A DNA stretch of 64,000 nucleotides from Candidatus Sulfotelmatobacter sp. (GTDB taxonomy: Bacteria; Chloroflexota; Dormibacteria; Dormibacterales; Dormibacteraceae), in assembly GCA_035602465.1 (NCBI GenBank), contig DATNMQ010000149.1, forward strand, positions 16,534-80,533. The letters are read 5' to 3'. Positions 54,712 to 63,571 of the stretch are shown here, piece by piece (position 1 is the first letter of the stretch; each line of letters begins with the position of its first letter). Under the pieces are notes generated by a model that worked only from the letters and a program-made list of their open reading frames with translations, had not been told where the DNA came from and made no database searches. A program made the translations under genes and the position numbers.

Positions 54712-55446
54712 TTGGGGTCATTTGTTTTCAAGCACCAAGCAGGGCGCAAAGCGGTCAAGCTTGAATCGGCCGCCGGAGCAGTTCCGAGCCAGGCCGCCCC
54801 AATGACGAAGAAGAAGTCTCTCAGTAAGCCGCATGCCGGCGGGCCGGAAGCCACCAAGCCTGTCATCGAGGCAGGTCCGGTGGCAGTCCACGTGGACTCT
54901 GGTGAGGTTGCCGTGGTGGTCGCACCTCCGGCACCGGCCGGGATCGACCGTCGCGTGTTCACTCTGATCAACGATCTGCCTCACACGGCCACCAGCGACC
55001 GCTACGTCAGCGTCCTCTCCGACCTGGGCGAGGGCCTGGGTTGGGTCGCGGGGGGAGTCGCCCTGGCGATCCTTGGCGGCCCAAAGGGGCGGCGCGCGGG
55101 CATGGCCACGGCGCTGGCATCGCTGGCGGCCACATATGTTGTCCAGACAAGGGTCAAGCCGCTTTTCCGCCGAGTCCGTCCGTTCGTCAACCGCGAGGCA
55201 CGTGTGGTCGGGGTGCGCCCGCCCGATCACTCATTTCCATCTGGCCATACCGCATCGTCATTTGCAGCCGCAACTGCCCTCGCCCTCTTTTATCCGAAGG
55301 CAGCTCCCGTCGCGTACACGGTGGCCACAGGGGTGGGCGTGTCGAGGGTCCACCTCGGCGTGCACTTTCCGAGCGACGCGGCGGTCGGCGGAGTCATCGG
55401 AATCGGGATTGGCACGCTCATCGGATGGCTGTTCAAGAAACGTTGA
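54712..55446 (+). CDS. PAP2 family lipid phosphatase
   Basis: KPLFRRVRP, PSGH and SRVHLGVHFPSD are the three PAP2 motifs. The ATG at 54802 (MTKKKSLSK) is an alternative start. Confidence 0.7.
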   Translation: MGSFVFKHQAGRKAVKLESAAGAVPSQAAPMTKKKSLSKPHAGGPEATKPVIEAGPVAVHVDSGEVAVVVAPPAPAGIDRRVFTLINDLPHTATSDRYVSVLSDLGEGLGWVAGGVALAILGGPKGRRAGMATALASLAATYVVQTRVKPLFRRVRPFVNREARVVGVRPPDHSFPSGHTASSFAAATALALFYPKAAPVAYTVATGVGVSRVHLGVHFPSDAAVGGVIGIGIGTLIGWLFKKR

Positions 55447-56188
55447 CGCGCGGCCGGTCGGCGAGCGCCCGATCTGAGATCCACCGGATCGACACCACGA
55501 AGGCCAGCCACGCCGTCGCAATGAGGATGCCCGCAACGACATCGCTCGGCCAGTGCGCCCCGCCATAGATCCTGTCGAGTCCCACCGCGAAAACAAGCCC
55601 CGCGATGGCGGCCCAGCCGATCGGTTTCGCCCACCTGGGCAGGTATCGATGGCCGATGCACAACATCAACACCGCAGCGCTGATCGTGATGAAGATGAGA
55701 TGTCCGCTGGGAAAGCTGGTGGATCCAGGATGTTCGGTGACGCGCAGGATCTGGCCAGCTAACGGTCGCGGTCGGTTCACGAGGTGGACGGCGACTTCGT
55801 ACCAGAGTCCTCCGGCAAGGGCGGCGAGGGCTAGGGTCCAGGCGCGCCGATTCAACAGCAGCACCAGGGCGATGACGACTCCCTGCATATAGAGTCCGCC
55901 GGGTCCGCCCAGCCAGGTGAGGAAGGGGAAGGTCAGCGCAAGCGGACCCCAGTTCGTCGCCTGGATGTCGCGGTCGAGCGTCGCGTCGAACGACAGGTAT
56001 GGATGCATGACGACGACCGCAGTGATGGCTCCGACAGCCACCGCAGCAACGATCGCCAAGGCGAGGAGCGGTCCGTGGACCGCCCACGTCCACGGTGGAA
56101 AAAGCCTTTCCCGAACCGATTTGCCGGTCGGCTTTGGGGAATTCTTCATCAAGGTTTCTGTCTGAGCGTCGTGGTCGATCACTGACAT
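55433..56188 (-). CDS. PAP2 family lipid phosphatase
   Basis: VNRPRP, PSGH and DRIYGGAHWPSD. The ATG at 56188 forms an ATGA overlap with the upstream stop. The longer ORF to 56710 overlaps the upstream gene, so I rejected it. Confidence 0.7.
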   Translation of the reverse strand: MSVIDHDAQTETLMKNSPKPTGKSVRERLFPPWTWAVHGPLLALAIVAAVAVGAITAVVVMHPYLSFDATLDRDIQATNWGPLALTFPFLTWLGGPGGLYMQGVVIALVLLLNRRAWTLALAALAGGLWYEVAVHLVNRPRPLAGQILRVTEHPGSTSFPSGHLIFITISAAVLMLCIGHRYLPRWAKPIGWAAIAGLVFAVGLDRIYGGAHWPSDVVAGILIATAWLAFVVSIRWISDRALADRPRVNVS

Positions 56189-56928
56189 CACGCAGCCCTG
56201 GGCTTCCTCCGAAACCATTTCATGCTCGGTGACGGCAGCCACCGCTCCGGAAGCCAGAGCACGAAGGCCGACCAACCGATCCCGAGAAGCACGCCGCCCA
56301 TGACATCGCTCGGCCAGTGGGCGCCGGCCCAGACCCTGGCGATGCATGTGAGCACGATCACCAGCGCGGCGAAGATCCACAGGATCGGCCGGAAGGCAGG
56401 CCTGATCTTCGGGGCGAGGGAGACGGCGATCATGAAGCTCATCCAGGTGAAAAAGACCGCATGGCCGCTGGGATAGCTGAAACCCGTGGTCGGCGACAGG
56501 ATGTGGACGAGGTCGGCGGGCGGCCGCTGCTTCGAGATCACGAGCTTGATCACGTTGTCGAGCCCGCTCGAGATGCTGCCGATCAGCATCAGCCAGCCGG
56601 CGCGGCGCTCGAGGAAGAAGAGAGCAACCACTGCCACGGCGCCGATCAGGACCTGCCAGATTCCGGCGCTCGCGTTGATCAGCTCCATCGGATACACGAC
56701 AGGGCCCCAATTGATCTGCTGGATGAACGTCGCGATCGGGACGTCGAACGAAAGCACATCGTTCTTCACGACCAGGTAGGTGTCGATCGCGAAGAGCAGA
56801 AAGACGACGAGGGCGGTGGGCCCGAGCCAGCGCCTGGCAGTGGATCCTGGTCGCCCCGCCAGGACCTCCGCTGCCGCCTGCTTCGGTTCGGCGAGAGGTG
56901 CCGACGTGTCCTTGGGCAGCGCGCTCAT
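56188..56928 (-). CDS. PAP2 family lipid phosphatase
   Basis: SKQRPP, PSGH and ARVWAGAHWPSD. The start forms an ATGA overlap with the DAG-kinase-like gene. Confidence 0.7.
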   Translation of the reverse strand: MSALPKDTSAPLAEPKQAAAEVLAGRPGSTARRWLGPTALVVFLLFAIDTYLVVKNDVLSFDVPIATFIQQINWGPVVYPMELINASAGIWQVLIGAVAVVALFFLERRAGWLMLIGSISSGLDNVIKLVISKQRPPADLVHILSPTTGFSYPSGHAVFFTWMSFMIAVSLAPKIRPAFRPILWIFAALVIVLTCIARVWAGAHWPSDVMGGVLLGIGWSAFVLWLPERWLPSPSMKWFRRKPRAA

Positions 56929-57800
56929 CGGGCCAGGATCACTTGCAGCGCGCTCAGCTCGGCGGTGATGGTGGCCGGGGTGCGGCCAAGCTGGGCGTTG
57001 TCCGCGTAGATGCGGACCTTCGGCTTGGTGGCCACTTCCAATTTGCGAAACTTGAACACCTGGCCCAGGCCTCCCTCACCGTGCTTGGAGAGCACGACCC
57101 GGGCAAGCACGCGCTTGACGATGTCCGTGCGGCTTCTGCCTGCGTGCACGGAAAGCTCCAGGTAGGGGTCCTCGGGAGTCTTGTCGCTGACGGGCATCTG
57201 CGAGCCGATCGAGTTGGTGTTGGTGAAGACGAGGGACATGCAGGAACCGCTGCCCCTGATGTCCCCTGTGAGCTCATATTTGAACGGCCTCGCCTCCATC
57301 ACGTGCTTGAGGTCGTCGGCGAAGGCTCCGAAGGCTCGGTCTTTGGCCGACTCGCCGGCGGCGATGGTCTCACCGAAAAGACCGATGGCGGCCGCCTCCA
57401 GGAAAACCTTTCCATTCAGGCGGCCCAGCGTGATCGGATGCGGTTTCCCGGTCTTGACCACACGAATGGCGGCGTCGACGGTCGTCGGCAGCTTCAGCGA
57501 CTTCGCGAAGTTGTTGAAGGTTCCCATCGAGAGAATGCCGAGGGGGTGCTTGGTGTCGACGAGCTTGCGAACGACCCAACCGATGGTTCCGTCGCCACCC
57601 GCCACCACGATCATCGCATTGGGCGACACCAGCTTCTCCATATCCATCTTTGGGTCGAACTCGACGACGGCGCTGCCGGCGAACGCTTTGCGAATCTTGG
57701 CTTCAATCTCCGGGGTCATGGAGCCTGCCTTGGAGCTCAAGATCACCAAGCTGGTTGCGCGCTTGGTGCTGGTCTGCGGCGTGGCAGTGGTTGTGCTCAT
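56925..57800 (-). CDS. diacylglycerol/lipid kinase family protein (YegS/BmrU-like)
   Basis: LVILSSKAGS... and VVAGGDGTIGWVV (GGDGT motif of the DAGK catalytic domain). Confidence 0.8.
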   Translation of the reverse strand: MSTTTATPQTSTKRATSLVILSSKAGSMTPEIEAKIRKAFAGSAVVEFDPKMDMEKLVSPNAMIVVAGGDGTIGWVVRKLVDTKHPLGILSMGTFNNFAKSLKLPTTVDAAIRVVKTGKPHPITLGRLNGKVFLEAAAIGLFGETIAAGESAKDRAFGAFADDLKHVMEARPFKYELTGDIRGSGSCMSLVFTNTNSIGSQMPVSDKTPEDPYLELSVHAGRSRTDIVKRVLARVVLSKHGEGGLGQVFKFRKLEVATKPKVRIYADNAQLGRTPATITAELSALQVILAR

Positions 57801-57801
57801 C

Positions 57802-58653
57802 TCAAGCTGAGCTGCCCATCAACCGGATCCAACGCGCGCAGGCGAACGAGTGGAGGCCTAGCGCCACGAACCCAAGCGCGATGATGCCCAACAGGACGCG
57901 TCCGAAGGGTTGGCCCAACAAGAATTGGAACGCGCTTCCGAAGCCTTGCACTTGGCCCGCGTCGTGGTGAATGCCGGCCTGGACGAGAAACCAACCGATG
58001 ACCAGGAAGATCACGCCTCGGGCGAACATCCCGAAACGGCCGAGACCAATCGCTGCGTTCCTTTCCGTGGCGGTCATCTCGGCGCCCTTCAGGTCCTCTT
58101 TGAACGTGGCCCGATAGGCCTCGAGGAATTGGCCGAGGCCGATCAGGATCGCGACGAGGCCGATGATGACCGTCAACGGCCCGCCACCCGGGTGGGTGAG
58201 GATCTCAGCTATCGACTTCTGCGTGCTGTCGGCGGCAGCTCCGCCGGACCCTAATAGGATCCGGAGGGCGAAGAAAACAATGGCGGCGTAGGAGACCGCG
58301 CTCGTGACGAAGCCAAGTCTGGCCATGTAGCCGCCGGGGCCTCTGCCACGGTGCAGTGGGTCGTAGATCGCCCTGGTGAAACCCCACAACGAGTACGCCG
58401 CAAGGCCGACCGCCGTGACGATCAGGACGAGCTTCCCGAACGGATTGTTGATCAGGAACACCAGGCTTCCCGACAAGTCGGTGGTCTGGCCGGCGCCGAT
58501 CCCGAGCGTTAGACCTAAGGCGAGCAGTCCCATCACGGCGTAGAGGGCGCCACGGACCAGATATCCAAGCCGCTCCAAAAGTTCGAGCAGAGGGTTGGCG
58601 GCCGCCCGCTTGACGGCGTTACGGCCCGATTGCGCAGTTGCCATCTCAGTCAA
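57802..58653 (-). CDS. DUF1206 domain-containing membrane protein
   Basis: Repeated paired-TM units (YLVRGALYAVMGLLALGL..., ...FARGVIFLVIGWFLVQAG...). The ATG at 58644 is an alternative start. Confidence 0.6.
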   Translation of the reverse strand: MTEMATAQSGRNAVKRAAANPLLELLERLGYLVRGALYAVMGLLALGLTLGIGAGQTTDLSGSLVFLINNPFGKLVLIVTAVGLAAYSLWGFTRAIYDPLHRGRGPGGYMARLGFVTSAVSYAAIVFFALRILLGSGGAAADSTQKSIAEILTHPGGGPLTVIIGLVAILIGLGQFLEAYRATFKEDLKGAEMTATERNAAIGLGRFGMFARGVIFLVIGWFLVQAGIHHDAGQVQGFGSAFQFLLGQPFGRVLLGIIALGFVALGLHSFACARWIRLMGSSA

Positions 58654-60428
58654 ATCGCTCCTTCGAGGCTCGGACGTCGAGTTGCGGTCGTATCGACGTG
58701 CGACTCATTCCGTTCTCACCGGCACTCATCCCCACGATTGAGGGTGGACCCAGGGAGGAAACAATCGCAGTAACACGGGTGTTGGCTATCGTTCATGCGG
58801 TGCAATCCGGGCAGGCGCCTGGCGAGGACCTGGAGGTCTGGTTTCTCACTGGTGTGGAACGCGGCAATGACTTCACCGCGCTCGACCGGCGGCGTCCAGA
58901 CCGGTTGGCCTGGAGCATCGGAAACCGGGTCGAAACCCTGGTCCATGGAGCCGTCTACTTCCGCAGGCTCTTGGAGGCGATTCGCGAGCTGGGCGCGGGC
59001 GACCAGCTGTATTTCACGGACTGGCGCGGCGACCCGGACCAGCTTCTAAGCGATGATCCGGATTCAGAGATCGGGGAGGTCATCGCTGCGGCCGCCCGGC
59101 GCGGCGTGATGGTCAGAGGATTGCTCTGGCGCTCTCACCTGGACAGACTCGGTTTCAGCGCCAAGGAAAACCGCCACTTGGGCATACAGGTGAACGCGGC
59201 GGGTGGCGAGGTCCTGCTCGACCAGCGCGTGCGAGTGGGCGGCTCCCACCACCAGAAGCTTGTCGTCGTCCGCCACGCCGGCGGTGCCGAACACGACGTT
59301 GCCTTCGTCGGAGGTATCGATCTCTGTCACAGCCGGCGGGACGATGCCGATCATCACGGCGACCGACAGCGCCAGGCCATGGCGCCGGCGTATGGGCAAA
59401 CCCCTCCCTGGCATGACGCCCAGCTCGCGGTCCAGGGTCCCGCCGTCGGGGACCTGGAATTCTGCTTTCGCGAACGCTGGGATGACCGAGGCCGGCTCAG
59501 CCGCGATCCCGTCGGGATCCTGCATGACCTGCTGCGGCACACGCATCGCAAGGCAAGCGCCTTGCCGCCAATGGCGGACGACCCCGCGCCGTGCGGTACC
59601 CACGCGGTCCAGGTACTTCGCACTTACGCGCGCCGTCGCGGCGGCTATCCCTTCGCTCCCCAGGGTGAGCGAAGCGTCGCACGCGGATTTCGCAAGGCGA
59701 TCGCCAGAGCCCGCCGCCTCATATACATCGAGGATCAGTTTCTATGGTCGACCGAGGTGGCGAAGATCTTTGCCGCCGCCCTTGTGGCCAATCCATCCCT
59801 GCACCTGATCGCGGTCGTACCGAGATTCTTCGATCAGGCGGGAACACTGACCCTGCGACCAAACCAGGTGGGGCGAGAGCAGGCGGTGCAGGTCCTGCTC
59901 GATGCGGCGGGCGACCGGGTCGCGATCTACGACATCGAGAACCTGGCCGGCGTTCCTGTTTATGTCCACGCCAAGATCAGCGTGATCGACGACGTCTGGG
60001 CTTCTGTCGGATCTGACAACTTCAATCGACGGTCGTGGAGCCACGACTCCGAGATCGCTTGCGCGGTGGTGGACGCCACACGCGACTCTCGCGACCCGAT
60101 CGATCCCGCCGGCCTCGGCGACGGAGCTCGCAAGTTCGCGCGTGACCTGCGACTTCAGCTGTGGCGCGAGCACCTCGGCCGCGCCGACGGAGACGATCGA
60201 GATTTGCTGGATCCCGCCGAGGCGGTGGCGACGTTCCGGAAGGTCGCAATGGACCTGGAGGGTTGGCACGCCGGCGGTCAACGCGGCCAACGGCCGCCGG
60301 GGCGCGTGAGGCCGCATCCCCGGGTGCACCTCTCGCGCGCAAACAAGGTGTGGGCAGAGCCCATCTACCGGATCGTCTATGACCCCGACGCCAGGCCGTC
60401 AGCGCTGCGCCAGGCAGGCGACTGGTAG
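58638..60428 (+). CDS. phospholipase D family protein (two HKD motifs)
   Basis: HKD motif 1 is SHHQKLVVV...GGIDL and HKD motif 2 is HAKISVIDDVWASVGSDNFNRRS. The true start is probably downstream (GTG at 58698 or 58779), because the maximal ORF overlaps the divergent DUF1206 start. Confidence 0.75.
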   Translation: MPSQSNRSFEARTSSCGRIDVRLIPFSPALIPTIEGGPREETIAVTRVLAIVHAVQSGQAPGEDLEVWFLTGVERGNDFTALDRRRPDRLAWSIGNRVETLVHGAVYFRRLLEAIRELGAGDQLYFTDWRGDPDQLLSDDPDSEIGEVIAAAARRGVMVRGLLWRSHLDRLGFSAKENRHLGIQVNAAGGEVLLDQRVRVGGSHHQKLVVVRHAGGAEHDVAFVGGIDLCHSRRDDADHHGDRQRQAMAPAYGQTPPWHDAQLAVQGPAVGDLEFCFRERWDDRGRLSRDPVGILHDLLRHTHRKASALPPMADDPAPCGTHAVQVLRTYARRRGGYPFAPQGERSVARGFRKAIARARRLIYIEDQFLWSTEVAKIFAAALVANPSLHLIAVVPRFFDQAGTLTLRPNQVGREQAVQVLLDAAGDRVAIYDIENLAGVPVYVHAKISVIDDVWASVGSDNFNRRSWSHDSEIACAVVDATRDSRDPIDPAGLGDGARKFARDLRLQLWREHLGRADGDDRDLLDPAEAVATFRKVAMDLEGWHAGGQRGQRPPGRVRPHPRVHLSRANKVWAEPIYRIVYDPDARPSALRQAGDW

Positions 60429-60430
60429 AC

Positions 60431-60814
60431 ATGGCTTCGGGAATCATCGAAAGGCGGAGCAATCATTCGGTCGATGAGACGGTCGACAGGCTGAGGGAGA
60501 TCCTTCGTTCCAGGGGAATCACTCTTTTCGCGATGGTCGATCACTGCGGTGAGGCGCAGAAGGTCGGAATGAAAATGCCGCCGACCAAGCTGCTGGTCTT
60601 CGGAAGCCCCAAGGCCGGCACGCCGCTGATGCTTGACGCTCCCAGCGTCGCGATCGACCTCCCTCTGAAGATCCTGGTTCGAGAGGATGGCGAGGGAGTC
60701 ATCTGGATTTCGTACAACAGCCCGGCTTATCTGCAGGAGCGTCACGGGTTCTCGCCAGAGCTGATCCCGAACATCGCCGCCGTCGAGGCTCTGGCCGCCG
60801 CAGCCGCGGTGTAG
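60431..60814 (+). CDS. DUF302 domain-containing protein
   Basis: VDETVDRLREILRSRGITLFAMVDH...LLVFGSPKAGTPLM...AIDLPLKILV matches the DUF302 pattern. Confidence 0.75.
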   Translation: MASGIIERRSNHSVDETVDRLREILRSRGITLFAMVDHCGEAQKVGMKMPPTKLLVFGSPKAGTPLMLDAPSVAIDLPLKILVREDGEGVIWISYNSPAYLQERHGFSPELIPNIAAVEALAAAAAV

Positions 60815-60891
60815 GGACGCGGGTAGAAGGTGCATCATGAGGGGGATGAAAGCCCCCGATGCCGCAGGCAGTGGCCTGACGTAGAGCCGGG

Positions 60892-61056
60892 ATGCTTCCG
60901 AGACGCGCCGATCCAGTCGCCGGTGCTCTTGCCGGCACGATCTTGCTCGCCGCGTTCTTGGCGACACCAGTCCTGCTGGCCCTGGCCATCATTTGGATGA
61001 TGCGTCGCCTGTCGTCGGGGAGCCGGCCGGATCCTCAAGCGGAACAGGACGACTGA
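60892..61056 (+). CDS. candidate 54-aa single-TM small protein (below the ORF-track cutoff)
   Basis: My own translation gives MLPRRADPVAGALAGTILLAAFLATPVLLALAIIWMMRRLSSGSRPDPQAEQDD*. GC3 is high and no SD is clear. Confidence 0.25.
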   Translation: MLPRRADPVAGALAGTILLAAFLATPVLLALAIIWMMRRLSSGSRPDPQAEQDD

Positions 61057-61183
61057 CAGGCAGAGCCCAATAGGCCTGAATCGACCGGGTCCATCGGCCC
61101 TCGAGCCCAGTTGTCGCCAAGAACAAGCTTGAACTCAGCGAATCGACGATTCCGTCCATTCTGATTTCAAGAAGGTATTGACA

Positions 61184-62275
61184 ATGAAAGCGCTCGTTTA
61201 TCACGGCCCCGGCAAGCGATCGTGGGACACGGTCCCGAACCCGACCATCCAGGTACCGACCGACGCCATCGTGAAGATCGACACCTCGACGATTTGCGGC
61301 ACCGACCTCCACATCCTCAAGGGCGACGTACCGGCTTGTAAGCCAGGCACGATCCTCGGCCATGAGGCCGTCGGCACAATCGTCGAGACCGGTTCAGCGG
61401 TCACCAAGTTTCAGATCGGAGACCACGTGCTGGTCTCTTGCATCAGCTCGTGCGGCAGCTGCCGGTTCTGCAAGGAGGCCCGCTACGGCCAGTGCACCGG
61501 TGGAGGCGGCTGGATCTTCGGCCACCTGATCAACGGGCTGCAGGCGGAATACGCGCGCGTTCCGTTCGCGGACAACTCGCTCTACAAGGTTCCATCTGGA
61601 CTCACTGACGAGCAGGTCCTTTTCCTTTCCGACATACTTCCGACCTCGTTCGAGGTGGGCGTCCAGAACGGTGGCGTTCGACCGGGCGACACCGTGGCCA
61701 TCGTCGGCGCAGGCCCGATCGGTCTGTCCGCCGTGATGACCGCCAAGCTGTATACCCCGGCTCGGATCGTCGTGATCGACCTCGACGACGGAAGGCTCGC
61801 CAAGGCCAAGGAGTTCGGCGCTGACGTCACCATCAACAACGGCCGCGAAGACGCGGTCAAGAAGGTCTTCGAGCTGACCGGCGGACTCGGGGCCGACGTG
61901 GCCGTCGAAGCTGTCGGAACCCCGGCAACCTTCGAGCTCGCGGCGGAGCTGATCCGGCCCGGCGGCACCCTCGCCAACGTGGGCGTGCACGGCAAGCCCG
62001 CAACCCTGCATCTGGAGAAGCTCTGGATCAGGAACGTCACCATCACGACCGGCCTGGTCGACACGCGGACCATCCCACAGCTGCTCTCGCTGATCGAGGG
62101 CGGCCGGCTCGACCCAACAGTGCTGGCCACGCACCACTTCTCGATGGATGAAGCGATGCAGGCATACGACGTTTTCGGCGAGGCGGCCAAGACCCACGCG
62201 CTTAAAGTGGTTCTCACGGCAACCGCGGTTCCGACCGACACGAAGTCCAGGATCGCCGTCACCACGACGGCTTGA
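61184..62275 (+). CDS. zinc-dependent alcohol dehydrogenase family protein
   Basis: MKALVYHGPG..., GHEAVG, the structural-zinc Cys cluster CGSCRFC, and the Rossmann segment VGAGPIGL. The ATG at 61184 is preceded by GAAGG. Confidence 0.85.
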   Translation: MKALVYHGPGKRSWDTVPNPTIQVPTDAIVKIDTSTICGTDLHILKGDVPACKPGTILGHEAVGTIVETGSAVTKFQIGDHVLVSCISSCGSCRFCKEARYGQCTGGGGWIFGHLINGLQAEYARVPFADNSLYKVPSGLTDEQVLFLSDILPTSFEVGVQNGGVRPGDTVAIVGAGPIGLSAVMTAKLYTPARIVVIDLDDGRLAKAKEFGADVTINNGREDAVKKVFELTGGLGADVAVEAVGTPATFELAAELIRPGGTLANVGVHGKPATLHLEKLWIRNVTITTGLVDTRTIPQLLSLIEGGRLDPTVLATHHFSMDEAMQAYDVFGEAAKTHALKVVLTATAVPTDTKSRIAVTTTA

Positions 62276-62283
62276 TCCGCTAC

Positions 62284-62310
62284 CCGGCCGGGGCGGCGTG
62301 CCCCGGCCGG
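62284..62310. terminator. GC-rich 10-bp hairpin between convergent genes (possible bidirectional terminator, no U-tract)
   Basis: CCGGCCGGGG (62284-62293), a 7-nt loop, then CCCCGGCCGG (62301-62310). Confidence 0.3.
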
Positions 62311-62314
62311 TCCT

Positions 62315-62776
62315 CTACGCAGCCCTCCGCGCCAGCAAAGCCGCAACCAGCGTCAGCCCGTCGGCGATGACCGCGGCAAGCCACGTGAACTGGTAGATCG
62401 TCAGGGCAACGGCAGACGGGGAATTGACGGGCAGCTCCACCGCCGAAGCGGCGAAGCCCATCACGGCGCCGAAAAAGAACAGAAATGGCAACGCGATCCC
62501 CGTGATCAGGGCCAACATGCCGGCGCTCCTGCGACCGATTGTTGTGATCAATGCCGCAGTGCCCACGAATGGGACCGCGCTGATCACCATCTGAACCACA
62601 AAGTTGACCAACCCCGTGTCGGGTCGTCCGGCCTGTGGGTGGGCGCTGAACAGGACGAAGACAAAGTCCAGGTTGACCGCGGCGATCAACATCAGGGCAA
62701 CCGCGACCACCCAGATGACAGGAAGACCACGGGCGAGCCACCCCGTTCGTCTCACGCCGTGACCTACCTGCTGCAC
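62315..62776 (-). CDS. hypothetical membrane protein (about 4 TM helices)
   Basis: 153-aa hydrophobic ORF that overlaps the upstream gene by 13 nt. Confidence 0.5.
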   Translation of the reverse strand: MQQVGHGVRRTGWLARGLPVIWVVAVALMLIAAVNLDFVFVLFSAHPQAGRPDTGLVNFVVQMVISAVPFVGTAALITTIGRRSAGMLALITGIALPFLFFFGAVMGFAASAVELPVNSPSAVALTIYQFTWLAAVIADGLTLVAALLARRAA

Positions 62777-63420
62777 GCGAAGGTCCCGGTGATGCTCACC
62801 GGCGACTCAGTGGTCGAGCTCGGCGCCGGGCGGTCCGATCGGGTGGATCCGGTGCTGAAGCTGCCGTCGATCGTTCCGTGGGCCATCCCGCCCATCGAGG
62901 CGATCCAAAGCGATCCCGAGACCGCCGTGAACGATTCCCCGTCGGGATCGCGTGGTGTGATCTGAATATTTGCCGCGCCCGGCCCAGTGCCGGAGGAGCC
63001 CGCCCCGGGCATCCCCGGGAGGTCAACGAAGCCGCTGAGCTGGATCGTTTGAGCGGCCGCGTCCGCGGGAAGAGCGCGGTCGAGTCCAATCGAAAAGATG
63101 TAACGGCGGGACGAGCTCCTGAGCTGGTTCCTCATCGAGAACCTCGACACGCTGGTCGTGGCTCCGTTGGCGGTTGCAGTGAAAGTCTGATTCGGGCAGG
63201 CGGGCCTGTCACGCGTGCATGCCTGGACGGTGCGTCCGGCGGCATAGACCAACTGCATGTTCACCGCATCAGCCGATCCGCAGGGGCCGCTTCCGGTGGC
63301 TCCTGGTCCCGGCGCGCTGATGTTGTCACCCACCCACAGGGCGATCCAGACGAAGGATCCCACCAATCCGACGAGCACCGCCGCGCCGATGCCGCCCGCA
63401 ATCCACCACTTCTTCCGCAT
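62764..63420 (-). CDS. hypothetical secreted / N-terminally anchored protein
   Basis: From the ATG at 63420: MRKKWWIAGGIGAAVLVGLVGSFVWIALW..., followed by a Ser/Gly/Thr-rich extracytoplasmic domain. Confidence 0.5.
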   Translation of the reverse strand: MRKKWWIAGGIGAAVLVGLVGSFVWIALWVGDNISAPGPGATGSGPCGSADAVNMQLVYAAGRTVQACTRDRPACPNQTFTATANGATTSVSRFSMRNQLRSSSRRYIFSIGLDRALPADAAAQTIQLSGFVDLPGMPGAGSSGTGPGAANIQITPRDPDGESFTAVSGSLWIASMGGMAHGTIDGSFSTGSTRSDRPAPSSTTESPVSITGTFACSR

Positions 63421-63571
63421 GTCGAGTGAATAGTCTTCGAACCCGCCTGTCGTAGTCAGTCTCAGCGGGGTATCAAATTGAGTTCCAACCTCACGACGCC
63501 GGCACGCATACACTCATGCGAACTTGGACGCGGGCGCGGTGGACACCGCTTTGTGGGCCCGGACGAGGGCC

